This document shows positions 52,374-61,376 of a stretch of 64,000 nt of DNA, one piece after another; within the stretch, counting starts at the first letter, position 1, and each line of letters starts with the position of its first letter. The position numbers and the translations under genes were made by a program. The notes below the pieces were generated by a model, which was not told the origin of the DNA, did not search any database, and saw only the letters and a list, made by a program, of their open reading frames with translations. Source of the stretch: Solirubrobacterales bacterium (GTDB lineage: Bacteria; Actinomycetota; Thermoleophilia; Solirubrobacterales; 70-9). The DNA lies in assembly GCA_045805805.1 (NCBI GenBank), contig JBJMKO010000144.1:629-64628 (forward strand), written 5' to 3'.

Positions 52374-53291
52374 TCAGCGGTGCCAGTCGACCGGGCCGGC
52401 CCGCAGGACATGGGAGCCGAGCGGGCGGCCGAGCACCTCCTGCGCGGCGCGCGCAGCCTCGACCAGCGCCCGAAGGTCGATCCCGGTCTGCGCCCCCATC
52501 TCGTGCAGCATCGAGACCACGTCCTCGGTGGCGACGTTGCCGGTCGCACCGGGCGGGACCGGACAGCCCCCCAGCTCCCCGAAGCTCGACTCGAAGGAAT
52601 CGATGCCCTGCTCCAGCGCCGCCAGCACGTTGGCGAGACCCTGGCCGCGGGTGTTGTGGAAGTGCGCGGTCAGCTCGACCTCGCCAAGTCGCTTGCGCGC
52701 GGCCGCGAAGAACTCGCCGACCTGGCGCGGGTTGGCCATCCCGGTCGTGTCGCCGAAGCCGATCTCGGCGCAACCGGCGGCCGCCAGGCGCTCCGCGATC
52801 TCGAAGACGCCGTCCTGCGGCACCTCGCCCTCGTACGGGCAGCCGAAGGAGGTCGCGATCACCCCCTCGCGGCGGAGTCCCGCTTCGCCGGCGGCAGCGA
52901 GTGCTTGCTCCAGACCCCCAAGCGACTCCTCGATCGAGCGGTTCACGTTCTTGCGGTTGTGCGTCTCCGAGGCAGAGAGGAAGACGCTGATCTCGTCGAA
53001 GCGGTCGCGCAGCGCCAGCGCCCGCTCCAGCCCCCGTTGATTCGGGATCAGCACCGAGAAGGCAACACCGTCGCGGCGCTGGATACCGGTCAGCACCTCC
53101 TCCGCATCGGAGAGCCGCGGGATCACGTCTGGCCGCACGAACGAAGTCACCTCGAGCCGCTTCAACCCCGTCCCCGAGAGCATGTCGACGAGCCGGATCT
53201 TCTCCGCCGTCGGAATCGTCTCCGGCTCGTTCTGGAAGCCATCACGCGGCCCCACCTCGCGGATGCGGACTGCTTTGGGCAAATCGGCCAC
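52374..53291 (-). CDS. hydroxymethylglutaryl-CoA lyase
   Basis: 305 aa with IREVGPRDGFQNE, EVTSFV and FHNTRGQGLAN, the HMGL-like TIM-barrel motifs. Confidence 0.9.
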   Translation of the reverse strand: MADLPKAVRIREVGPRDGFQNEPETIPTAEKIRLVDMLSGTGLKRLEVTSFVRPDVIPRLSDAEEVLTGIQRRDGVAFSVLIPNQRGLERALALRDRFDEISVFLSASETHNRKNVNRSIEESLGGLEQALAAAGEAGLRREGVIATSFGCPYEGEVPQDGVFEIAERLAAAGCAEIGFGDTTGMANPRQVGEFFAAARKRLGEVELTAHFHNTRGQGLANVLAALEQGIDSFESSFGELGGCPVPPGATGNVATEDVVSMLHEMGAQTGIDLRALVEAARAAQEVLGRPLGSHVLRAGPVDWHR

Positions 53292-53300
53292 GACGGCAGC

Positions 53301-54215
53301 TTAGGCACTCCGCCTCGCTTCGATGCGGCGCACCACGGCAAGCAGGGTCGAGCGCACGTATTGGCGTTCATAGCGCAGCTGCCAGTGGGTGAAGCGAAGC
53401 GGGATGAACCCGGCGGCAAGATGCGCCTGATCGCGAATGTGATCGCGCATCTGCTGTGCGGGTGTGCGGTGGTAACGCAGCCCGTCGGTCTCGACCACCA
53501 GCCGAAGATCGGACCAAAGGAAGTCGACCTTGAAGCCGTTCAGGTGCTGCTGCGTCATTGGCAAGGGCAAGCCCGCCCTTCGAACCTGCGGCAGGAACCA
53601 CTGCTCGAGTTCCGAGTCCGTCAAACGGAACGTCCGCCGATCGAGCAGCTCGCGCAGTCGCGCCACGCCTCGTTGACCGCGGTAGGCGTCGAGAGCAATC
53701 CGCAGGGCCTCCGGGTCGATCAGATCGAGTCGATCTGCCTCATTGACTGCACGCTCAAGCTCGCCGAGCCCCAGCGAGCAGGCGATGTCGATCAGCGTGC
53801 GCACCACGCAGGTCACCGGGATCCCGGCGCAGGTCGTCAAATCCGCATCCGGAAGTGTCCGCCGGTGACTTGTTATTCCTGCCTGCCGATGTCGATGTGC
53901 CGCCGGTGTCGAAATCTCCAGGTGCCCTCGTTGCTCACCGCCAATCCCCCAGAGCGCTGCTGCGCTGCGATGGCTCAACGCTGCTCCCGGACCACCGGCG
54001 AGAACCGCGGTCATCCACCGACCCCGCCGGGTGAGTTCCGGACGACCAACCGCGTAGACCCCGCGCCCGACTCGATGCAAGCGGCCCCTGGACACACGAT
54101 GCTGAATGCCCTGCGTACTCAACCCGGCATCCAAAAGCTGCCGCCGCGAAACCACCCCCTGCTGCTCCCGCGCCAAACGCCAAATCGTTGCCGAGTGGTC
54201 AGTTGATGACCCCAT
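53301..54215 (-). CDS. DUF559-domain protein (AbiEi-like N-terminus + Vsr-like endonuclease fold)
   Basis: 304 aa with N-terminal GVVSRRQLLDAGLS...RVGRGVYAV and C-terminal VDFLWSDLRLVVETDGLRYH. Confidence 0.75.
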   Translation of the reverse strand: MGSSTDHSATIWRLAREQQGVVSRRQLLDAGLSTQGIQHRVSRGRLHRVGRGVYAVGRPELTRRGRWMTAVLAGGPGAALSHRSAAALWGIGGEQRGHLEISTPAAHRHRQAGITSHRRTLPDADLTTCAGIPVTCVVRTLIDIACSLGLGELERAVNEADRLDLIDPEALRIALDAYRGQRGVARLRELLDRRTFRLTDSELEQWFLPQVRRAGLPLPMTQQHLNGFKVDFLWSDLRLVVETDGLRYHRTPAQQMRDHIRDQAHLAAGFIPLRFTHWQLRYERQYVRSTLLAVVRRIEARRSA

Positions 54216-54260
54216 AGGGTCACTAAGTGACCAGTCGGCGGAATTCTCCCCCCCTGGGGG

Positions 54261-54995
54261 TTAGACCATGCCTAGGCCGCCGCTTACGCCTAGGGTCTCG
54301 CCCGTTACGTAGGTGGCGTCGTCGGAGACCAGGAAGGCGACTGCGGCGGCTACCTCATCGGGCTGGCCCAGGCGGCCCATCTGGGTGGCCGACTTCATCG
54401 TCTCGATCACTTTTTCGCCGATCTCGCCGAACTCCTTGGCCCCCATCAGGAGCGGGGTCTCGATCGGGCCGGGGGCGATCGAGTTGGCGGTGATCCCGTA
54501 GCGGGCGTTCTCGCGGGCGATCGCCTTCATGAAGGCGACGACACCCCCCTTGGTCGCCGAGTAGACGGCGGAGCCCTTCGAGCCGACCCGGCCCGCCTCG
54601 GAGGAGATGCTGAGGATGCGACCGTATTTCGCCTCCTGCATGCCGGGCAGGGCGGCGTGGGTGCAGTTGAAGACGCCGACGAGGTTGATCCCGATCAACC
54701 GCTGCCACTGCTCGGGGCTGGTGTAGGTGAAGAAGCCGAACTCGTCGGTGCCGGCATTGTTGACGAGGATGTCGAGCGTGCCCACCGCCTCGACCGCCGC
54801 GCGGGCGGACTCGAGGTTCGTCACGTCGAGCTCGAGCGGGTGGCCGTTGACCTCGCCCGCGACCCGCTCGGCCCCCGCGACGTCGACGTCGCCGACCCAG
54901 ACCTCGGCGCCCTCCGCGGCCAGGCGCGCGGCGATCGCGGCGCCTATCCCGCCTGCCCCGCCGGTAACCAGCGCCTTTCGCCCCTCCAGCCGCAT
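54261..54995 (-). CDS. SDR-family oxidoreductase (FabG-like)
   Basis: From ATG 54995: MRLEGRKALVTGGAGGIGAAIA. Also NNAG and the catalytic YSATK. Confidence 0.9.
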   Translation of the reverse strand: MRLEGRKALVTGGAGGIGAAIAARLAAEGAEVWVGDVDVAGAERVAGEVNGHPLELDVTNLESARAAVEAVGTLDILVNNAGTDEFGFFTYTSPEQWQRLIGINLVGVFNCTHAALPGMQEAKYGRILSISSEAGRVGSKGSAVYSATKGGVVAFMKAIARENARYGITANSIAPGPIETPLLMGAKEFGEIGEKVIETMKSATQMGRLGQPDEVAAAVAFLVSDDATYVTGETLGVSGGLGMV

Positions 54996-55022
54996 CGGGC
55001 GGGAGCATAGACTCACGCGCTC

Positions 55023-55715
55023 GTGGCGGACCTCCCCACCATTTCCATCGTCGGCGGCACCGGTGCCCTTGGCGCCGGCCTCGCCCTGCGCTGGGCCCAG
55101 GCGGGGGCGCCGATCGCGATCGGATCCCGCTCGGCCGAGCGGGCCGAGGAGGCTGCCGCCAAGCTGCGTGAGAAGGTTCCCGGCGCCGAGGTCGAGGGCC
55201 TGCTCAACGAGGAGGCCGCGAACCGCGCCGAGATCGTCTTCCTCACCGTCCCCTTCCGCGCCCAGTCGGAGAACCTCAACAACCTGCGCGAGGCGCTGCG
55301 GCCGGGCCAGATCCTCGTCGACTGCACCGTCCCACTTGCCGCCGCAGTCAGCGGCAAGGCGACCCGCTCGCTCGGCGTCTGGCAGGGCAGCGCCGCCCAG
55401 CAGGCCCAGGAGATGGTCCCCGAGGGCGTCGCCGTCGTCGCCGCCCTGCACACGATCGGCGCGCCGACGCTCGCCGATGCCGACGCCGAGCTGGGCGAGG
55501 ACGTGCTGGTCTGCGGCGACCGCAAGGCCGACAAGGCCCGGGTCGCACGCCTGATCGAGCTGATCCCGGGGCTGCGCGCCGTCAACGCGGGGCCGCTGGA
55601 GATGGCGCGCATCGTCGAGCAGCTGACGCCGATGCTGATCTCGATCAACGTCCGCTACAAGGCCCACGCCGGGATCCGGCTGACCGGGCTCCCCGACGGC
55701 GACCACTGGGAGTAG
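55023..55715 (+). CDS. npdG: NADPH-dependent F420 reductase
   Basis: 230 aa with a GTG start. ISIVGGTGALGAGLALRWA is a Rossmann motif, and the overall layout resembles F420:NADP oxidoreductase. Adjacent to the cofD-cofC-cofE genes. Confidence 0.85.
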   Translation: MADLPTISIVGGTGALGAGLALRWAQAGAPIAIGSRSAERAEEAAAKLREKVPGAEVEGLLNEEAANRAEIVFLTVPFRAQSENLNNLREALRPGQILVDCTVPLAAAVSGKATRSLGVWQGSAAQQAQEMVPEGVAVVAALHTIGAPTLADADAELGEDVLVCGDRKADKARVARLIELIPGLRAVNAGPLEMARIVEQLTPMLISINVRYKAHAGIRLTGLPDGDHWE

Positions 55716-55722
55716 GCCGACC

Positions 55723-56649
55723 GTGAGGGTCGCGCTGCTGGCGGGCGGCACCGGCGGGGCCAAGCTCGCCGCGGGGGTACAGGAGGAGATCGGCTCCGAC
55801 CTGACGGTGATCGCCAACACCGGCGACGACATCGAGACCCTCGGCGTCCACGTCTCCCCCGACCCCGACCTCATCACCTACTGGCTCAGCGGCGAAATCG
55901 ACGAGGAGCGCGGCTGGGGGCTGAAGGACGACAGCTTCACCGTCTTCGACCGGCTGACGAAGCTCGGCGCGCCGGCTTGGTTCGGCCTCTCCGACCGCGA
56001 CCTCGCCGCCTGTCTCTACCGCCGCGAGTTCCTCGACGAGGGCGGCCGCCTCACCGACGCGCAGGCCCAGATCGCCCGCGGGCTCGGAGTCGAGGCGCGG
56101 GTGCTGCCGATGTGCGAGGCACCGGTGCGGACCAAGGTGCTGACCGCGGCGGGGGCGCGCACTCTGCAGGAGTACCTGATCGTCGACCGCGGCGAGCCAG
56201 AGGTAAGCGGAGTCGAGCTGGACGGGATCGAGGCAGCCGAGCCGAGTGCCGAGGTGCTCGACGCGCTGCGCTGGGCGGAGGCGATCGTGATCGGCCCCTC
56301 CAACCCGGTAATCAGCATCGGCCCGATCCTCGCCGTCCCCGGGATGACCGAGGCGATCTCGGCATCCAGCGCCCCAGTCGTTGCGGTCAGCCCCTTCGTC
56401 GCCGGCCAGGTCGTCAAGGGGCCGACCGAGCGCTTCATGCAGGCCCTGGGCCGGCCCTCGACCGCGGCCGGCGTCGCCTCGCTCTACGCCGGGCTGATCG
56501 ACGCAATGGTCGTCGATGACGGCGACCCAGACCCAGCGCCGGCGGAGATCCCGACGCTCGCCGCGCCGACCCTGATGGAGGGCGCCCCCGGGCGAGCGCG
56601 GGTGGCCCGTCTCGTCCTCGACTTCGCAGCTAGCCTCGACGGAGCTTGA
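55723..56649 (+). CDS. cofD: 2-phospho-L-lactate transferase
   Basis: 308 aa with VALLAGGTGGAKLA and NTGDD..., the CofD/FbiA N-terminal motifs. Confidence 0.9.
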   Translation: MRVALLAGGTGGAKLAAGVQEEIGSDLTVIANTGDDIETLGVHVSPDPDLITYWLSGEIDEERGWGLKDDSFTVFDRLTKLGAPAWFGLSDRDLAACLYRREFLDEGGRLTDAQAQIARGLGVEARVLPMCEAPVRTKVLTAAGARTLQEYLIVDRGEPEVSGVELDGIEAAEPSAEVLDALRWAEAIVIGPSNPVISIGPILAVPGMTEAISASSAPVVAVSPFVAGQVVKGPTERFMQALGRPSTAAGVASLYAGLIDAMVVDDGDPDPAPAEIPTLAAPTLMEGAPGRARVARLVLDFAASLDGA

Positions 56650-57287
56650 AAGCGACCGCGGTCCTACCGGTGAAGCGCTTCGGCGCCGCCAAGCAGCGGC
56701 TCGCCGCCGGCATCGACGACGAGCGCCGCAGCGCAGTGGTGGCCGCGATGCTCGGAGACGTGCTGGAGGCGATCGGCGAGGCGCGGTCGATCGAGCGGAC
56801 GATCGTCGTCACCAGCGAGCCGTCGGCCTTGGAGCTGGCCGCCGAGGCGGGAGCCGAGGTGCTCCCGGACCCCGACGAGGGCGGGCACTCCGGCGCGGCT
56901 CTTGCCGGGATCGCTCGCGCGCGCGAGCTGGGCGCCGGCTGCGTCGTCCTCCTCCCCGGCGACTGCCCGCTGCTCGACCCACGCGAGCTCGAACGGCTGC
57001 TGACCGGAATGCCGGAGCGCTTCGTCGCCGTCGTCCCGGACCGGCACGGGACGGGTACGAACGCCCTGGCGCTGGCACCGCCCGATGCGATCCACCCCAG
57101 CTTCGGCGAGGGCAGCTGCGCCCGGCACGTCGCCGGCGCCCGCGAGGCCGGCGTGCCCTACGCCGTCGAGGAGCTGCCGTCGCTCGCCCTCGATCTCGAC
57201 ACCCCTGCGGACGTGGTCGCCCTCACCCGGGCGCTGGCGGAACAGCCGGGACGGGCAAGGCGGACCGCAAAGGCGCTCGGCATATGA
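56646..57287 (+). CDS. cofC: phospho(enol)lactate guanylyltransferase CofC/FbiD
   Basis: 213 aa with a TTG start overlapping the cofD stop. Has AVLPVKRFGAAKQRL and LPGDCPLL. Confidence 0.85.
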   Translation: MKATAVLPVKRFGAAKQRLAAGIDDERRSAVVAAMLGDVLEAIGEARSIERTIVVTSEPSALELAAEAGAEVLPDPDEGGHSGAALAGIARARELGAGCVVLLPGDCPLLDPRELERLLTGMPERFVAVVPDRHGTGTNALALAPPDAIHPSFGEGSCARHVAGAREAGVPYAVEELPSLALDLDTPADVVALTRALAEQPGRARRTAKALGI

Positions 57288-58102
57288 GCGAGCTGCGGGT
57301 TTTCGCGGTCGACGGCCTGCCGGAGATCGAGACCGGGACGAACCTCGGCGAGCTGATCGCGTCGCGGGCGGAGCTTCTCAACGGGGACGTCGTGGTGGTC
57401 TCTCAGAAGGTCGTCTCCAAGGCAGAGGGACGGGTGCGGCGACTCTCCACGGTAGTCCCCGGCGCCGAGGCTCACCGTCTCGCCGCCGAGCTTGGCAAGG
57501 AGCCGGCCATGGTCGAGCTGACCCTGGAAGAGAGCCGCGAGGTGCTGCGAGCCGAGCGTGGCGTCCTGATCACCGAGACCTACCACGGCTTCGTCTGCGC
57601 CAACGCCGGCATCGACAGCTCCAACCTCCCTGAGGCAGACACCGTCTGCCTGCTCCCCGAGGACCCCGACGCCTCGGCCCGCAATCTAAGAGTCGAAATC
57701 GCCTCCGCAGTGACGAAGGAGCATGGGGTGGGACTCGCCGGACACCCAGCGCGAAGCGCGTCCGCCGAGTCCCACCCCATGCTCCCCCCAACCCTCGCGG
57801 TAGTGATCGGCGACAGCTTCGGCCGCGCTTGGCGCCTCGGCCAAACCGAGGCAGCAATCGGCTGCGCCGGCCTGACCCCGCTGGACGACTGGCGCGGCCG
57901 AAGCGACTCGCACGGGCGCAAGCTGGAAGCCACGATGATCGCCATCGCCGACGAGGCCGCCGCAGCCGCCGACCTCGTCCGCGGCAAGGACAGCCGCGTC
58001 CCGGTCGCGATCGTCCGCGGCTTGGACCGCTTTATCACTGTCGACGACGGCCCCGGCGCAATAGCGCTACGCAGACCTCGAGACGAAGACCTCTTCCGCT
58101 GA
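57284..58102 (+). CDS. cofE: coenzyme F420-0:L-glutamate ligase (single-domain CofE type)
   Basis: 272 aa with VVVVSQKVVSKAEGR, CANAGIDSSN and IGDSFGRAWRLG. There is no C-terminal nitroreductase-like domain. Confidence 0.88.
   Translation: MSELRVFAVDGLPEIETGTNLGELIASRAELLNGDVVVVSQKVVSKAEGRVRRLSTVVPGAEAHRLAAELGKEPAMVELTLEESREVLRAERGVLITETYHGFVCANAGIDSSNLPEADTVCLLPEDPDASARNLRVEIASAVTKEHGVGLAGHPARSASAESHPMLPPTLAVVIGDSFGRAWRLGQTEAAIGCAGLTPLDDWRGRSDSHGRKLEATMIAIADEAAAAADLVRGKDSRVPVAIVRGLDRFITVDDGPGAIALRRPRDEDLFR
57718..57785. repeat. perfect 20-bp inverted repeat (28-nt spacer) inside the cofE coding sequence
   Basis: GGAGCATGGGGTGGGACTCG (57718-57737) pairs with CGAGTCCCACCCCATGCTCC (57766-57785). 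The spacer adds a further CGGAC/GTCCG stem. Translated as KEHGVGLAGHPARSASAESHPMLP. Confidence 0.9.
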
Positions 58103-58104
58103 GA

Positions 58105-58220
58105 CCGGAACCATCCCGGTAGGGGTGGAGCGTCTTGTACTTTTTCGCGGCGCGGTTCGGGCGCCGGCAATCCCCGCTCCTCGAAAAAGTTAAGCGGAAC
58201 CCCTGCCGGGATGGTCCCGG
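58105..58220. repeat. family-1 nested-hairpin repeat, copy 6 (forward orientation)
   Basis: Arms CCGGAACCATCCCGGTAGGGG (58105-58125) and CCCCTGCCGGGATGGTCCCGG (58200-58220) pair at 19/21, with the full core. It starts 3 nt after the cofE stop. Confidence 0.9.
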
Positions 58221-58233
58221 CCCCCGCATCGGA

Positions 58234-59004
58234 CTACGGCAGAACCGACTCCAGCTTTTCTTCGGCGGCCGGCTCGACCCTGACCGCCACGCAATCGTCT
58301 TCGGAGATGACCTGTTCGAGCAGGTCGCCGACATCGCCGAACTTCCCTTCGAGCTGGATTTCGCTTTCGCTGCCATCGCGCCCGACGCGCCGGATCACGA
58401 TCTCGACTTCGGCCTCCTCGGAGGGGATCGCCTCCGCTACGAACCTGATGGTTACTTCGTATTCGTCCCCTTCACAGCCCGGTTGTGGTTCGACTTCGAC
58501 CACCGCCGTGCCTGGACCGCCCGCGCCACCGCCGTCGGCGACGACCGTCTGCGGGGGCGGCGGAGCTTCGGGCGGGAGCGCCGGTTGACTCGAGACCGGT
58601 GGCTCCAGCTCCGACGCGGGCGGAGATGGAGATGGAGTCGCAACGGTGCTCACCACGCGGGCCTGGGCGAGCGCCAGGGTGGACCCGGACCCGTCCGCTG
58701 CAGGCACCCGCTCAACCGCCACCGGGACGGCATGGGCAAGGCCTTCTCCCCCCGCGCCGGCCGGGCGAGAGGGCGGGTCGGGTGTGATCGCCACCGCGTC
58801 GCCGAGTGCCGCGGTCCCGAGCACAACGCTGAGGTGGGGATCGACGGAGTCGGCCTCCCAGGGTCGCAGGCCGGCCAGCGCGACGAAAGCGAGCACCAGC
58901 ACCAAGCCCAGCAGCGAGAAGACCGCTAGACCAGGAAATCCCCCATCCCCAACTGGCGAGCGCGAAGCGATTGCCGAAAGATAGTCGCTAAGGGCCCAGG
59001 TCAA
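58234..59004 (-). CDS. hypothetical membrane-anchored protein
   Basis: 256 aa with one TM (FPGLAVFSLLGLVLVLAFVALAG), a Pro-rich linker and an acidic C-terminal domain. No family recognised. Confidence 0.5.
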   Translation of the reverse strand: MTWALSDYLSAIASRSPVGDGGFPGLAVFSLLGLVLVLAFVALAGLRPWEADSVDPHLSVVLGTAALGDAVAITPDPPSRPAGAGGEGLAHAVPVAVERVPAADGSGSTLALAQARVVSTVATPSPSPPASELEPPVSSQPALPPEAPPPPQTVVADGGGAGGPGTAVVEVEPQPGCEGDEYEVTIRFVAEAIPSEEAEVEIVIRRVGRDGSESEIQLEGKFGDVGDLLEQVISEDDCVAVRVEPAAEEKLESVLP

Positions 59005-61328
59005 TAGGTTTCGACGATCTCGTACAGAGTCGTGCGCTGAGCGGGCTCACGGCCGCCGGCGCGGGCAGCGTCGATCAGCTGCTCCGGCTCGAGCCGCACC
59101 CCGTGCTGGGAGCCCGCCATGCGGGAGATGTTCTCCTCCATCAGGGTGCCGCCGAGGTCGTTGACACCCCAGCGCAGGGCCTCGGTGGCCGCGTCGAGGC
59201 CCATCTTCACCCAGCTCGCCTGCAGGTTGGGAACCGTCCTGCCCAGCGCCAGGCGGAAGGCGGCGGTGTGCTTGAGGTTCTCCCCGGCGGAGATCTCCTC
59301 GATCCCGTGGGTGCGGCCGAGCATCGTGTTGAAGGGGATGAAGCTGAGCGGGACGAACTCGGTGATGCCGCCGGTGCGCTCCTGCAGGGCGCGGACGACG
59401 CGCATATGGCGGGCCAGCTCGCGCGGCTCCTCGATATGCCCGAACATCACGGTCGAGGTCGAGCGCAGGCCGGCGCGGTGGGAGGCCTCGATGATCTCGA
59501 CCCAGCGATCGACCGGCAGCTTGTTGGGTGAGATCCGCTGCCGCACCCCGTCGTCGAGCACCTCCGCCGCGGTCCCGGGGGTCGAGCCGAGCCCGCACTC
59601 AATCAGGTACTCGAAGACCTCGTCCGGCCCTTTGCCGGAACGCTCGCACATATAATCGACCTCCATCGGCGAGTAGGCGTGCAGATGCAGCTGCGGCGCG
59701 ACCTCCTTCGCCAGCCGCAACCACTTGCCGTACTCCTCCAGGGTCAGATCGGGATGGATCCCCCCCTGCATGCAGATCTCCGTGGCGCCGAACTCGACCG
59801 CCTCGCGAATCCGCGCGGCGAACTCCTCCTCCGAGACCTCATAAGCATCCGGTGACCGCCGCCCCTGCCCGAACCCGCAGAAAGCACAGCCGACGACGCA
59901 GATGTTGGTGAAGTTGATGTTGCGGTTGACGACGAAGGTGACCCGGTCGCCAGCGAGCTCCGCCCGAAGCTCATCCGCAGCAACGCGCATCTCCTCGATC
60001 ACCTCGGGCCGCGTCTCGGCGAAGAGAGCAGTCAGCTCGTCCTCGCTGAGCTCCTCGCCAGCCCGGCCCTTCTCAATCGCTTCCGGAGCAAGCCCGCCAT
60101 CCAGGGTCTCTTCACTCCTGCGCCCCGACCCTCTACGCGGGATGAAGCTCCAGTACTTCAGCTTGATCACGTCGAGCACGCCCTGCTCCATCCACTCCGA
60201 GTCCATGTACTGCGGGTAGACGCAGAGCCGCTCCGTAAGCGCATAGCCCTTCGGCGCAAGCTCCTTCCGCACCTCATGGGGGCTGGGAAACGCGTGCTCG
60301 GGAGAGATGTGATCGCCGTTTGCAGACAGCCCACCCAGGTCAGTAGCCCCGGCCTCGACAAGCTCCCCCCAGGCGTCGGAAAGATTCGGCGGCACCTGCA
60401 CCCCGACATCGGGCATCAACCGCTTGCACTCGGCGATCAACCGCTTGATGCCGTCGACGGAAACCTCGCTGGCCCAGGCGGGGTAGGCCAACGGGACGCC
60501 CTCCCCCGGAGCAACAACCTGGGAGGCTCCGGGGGAGGGCGTCCCGTTGGCCTTCGCAGGTACGGCAAGAGGCGCCGGGGACCCATCCGGCGGGAACTCG
60601 CGGAGCGACAGCGGAGCCCCGCCGGATGGGTCCCCGGCGCCTCCCCACCGCTCCAGCGACGCCTCATCCGCGATATCCGCCACTTCCGCGCCGTAGTGCT
60701 TCGGATGCGGAATGAAGTTCTGCAGGATCACCTCTTGGATGTGCCCGTAGCGCCCGTGCAGCTCGGCGAGCGCTTCGAGGGAGGCGACCTGCTCGTCCTC
60801 GGTCTCACCGATGCCGACCAGGATGCCGCTGGTGAAAGGGATCTTCAGCTCGCCCGCGGCCTCGATCGTTGCCAGCCGTTGCGCCGGGTGCTTGGACGGG
60901 GAGCCGGCGTGGACGGTGTCCATCAGCCGCTCCGAAACCGACTCCAGCATCAGGCCCTGAGATGCGGTGACCTCGCGCAATCGAGCCAGGTCGGTCCGGT
61001 CGAGCACCCCGATGTTCGTGTGCGGAAGCATGCCCCGCTCGAGCGCTCGTTCGCAGCTCCAGACGACATAGGAGGTGAAGTCGCCGTGACCCCATTCGGC
61101 CAGCTTGGCCGCCACCACGGGGTTGACCTCGGGCCGCTCGCCGGTGAGGACCAGGAGCTCCTTGGCGTTGCGTCTCACCGCTTCGTCGAGGAGATTTTCG
61201 ACCTCCTCAGGGGCGCGGATATGCGCCTGATGAGTGGCGAACGCGCAGTACTTGCAGTAGCACTGGCAGGTGCGCGAAAGGGAGAGCGTGTAGTTCCGCG
61301 AGAAGGTGACTCGGCGCACGTGGGGCAC
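59001..61328 (-). CDS. fbiC: bifunctional FO synthase (CofG + CofH domains)
   Basis: 775 aa with two radical-SAM cysteine motifs (CQCYCKYCAF and CVVGCAFCGF). CofG-like N-half and CofH-like C-half are joined by a Pro/Gly-rich linker. Confidence 0.92.
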   Translation of the reverse strand: MPHVRRVTFSRNYTLSLSRTCQCYCKYCAFATHQAHIRAPEEVENLLDEAVRRNAKELLVLTGERPEVNPVVAAKLAEWGHGDFTSYVVWSCERALERGMLPHTNIGVLDRTDLARLREVTASQGLMLESVSERLMDTVHAGSPSKHPAQRLATIEAAGELKIPFTSGILVGIGETEDEQVASLEALAELHGRYGHIQEVILQNFIPHPKHYGAEVADIADEASLERWGGAGDPSGGAPLSLREFPPDGSPAPLAVPAKANGTPSPGASQVVAPGEGVPLAYPAWASEVSVDGIKRLIAECKRLMPDVGVQVPPNLSDAWGELVEAGATDLGGLSANGDHISPEHAFPSPHEVRKELAPKGYALTERLCVYPQYMDSEWMEQGVLDVIKLKYWSFIPRRGSGRRSEETLDGGLAPEAIEKGRAGEELSEDELTALFAETRPEVIEEMRVAADELRAELAGDRVTFVVNRNINFTNICVVGCAFCGFGQGRRSPDAYEVSEEEFAARIREAVEFGATEICMQGGIHPDLTLEEYGKWLRLAKEVAPQLHLHAYSPMEVDYMCERSGKGPDEVFEYLIECGLGSTPGTAAEVLDDGVRQRISPNKLPVDRWVEIIEASHRAGLRSTSTVMFGHIEEPRELARHMRVVRALQERTGGITEFVPLSFIPFNTMLGRTHGIEEISAGENLKHTAAFRLALGRTVPNLQASWVKMGLDAATEALRWGVNDLGGTLMEENISRMAGSQHGVRLEPEQLIDAARAGGREPAQRTTLYEIVETY
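60569..60643. repeat. perfect 26-bp inverted repeat (23-nt loop) in the fbiC inter-domain linker
   Basis: GAGGCGCCGGGGACCCATCCGGCGGG (60569-60594) pairs with CCCGCCGGATGGGTCCCCGGCGCCTC (60618-60643). The total is 75 nt, or 25 codons, translated as GGAGDPSGGAPLSLREFPPDGSPAP. Confidence 0.9.
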
Positions 61329-61376
61329 GCTACCGCACGCGCCGTCTAGGTCCGGCGCGTGCGGCTGGAGAAGTCC

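Noticed and set aside
52317-54206. 629-aa + strand ORF over HMG-CoA lyase and the DUF559 gene
   Set aside because: It is antisense to two well-supported - strand genes and has low-complexity composition.
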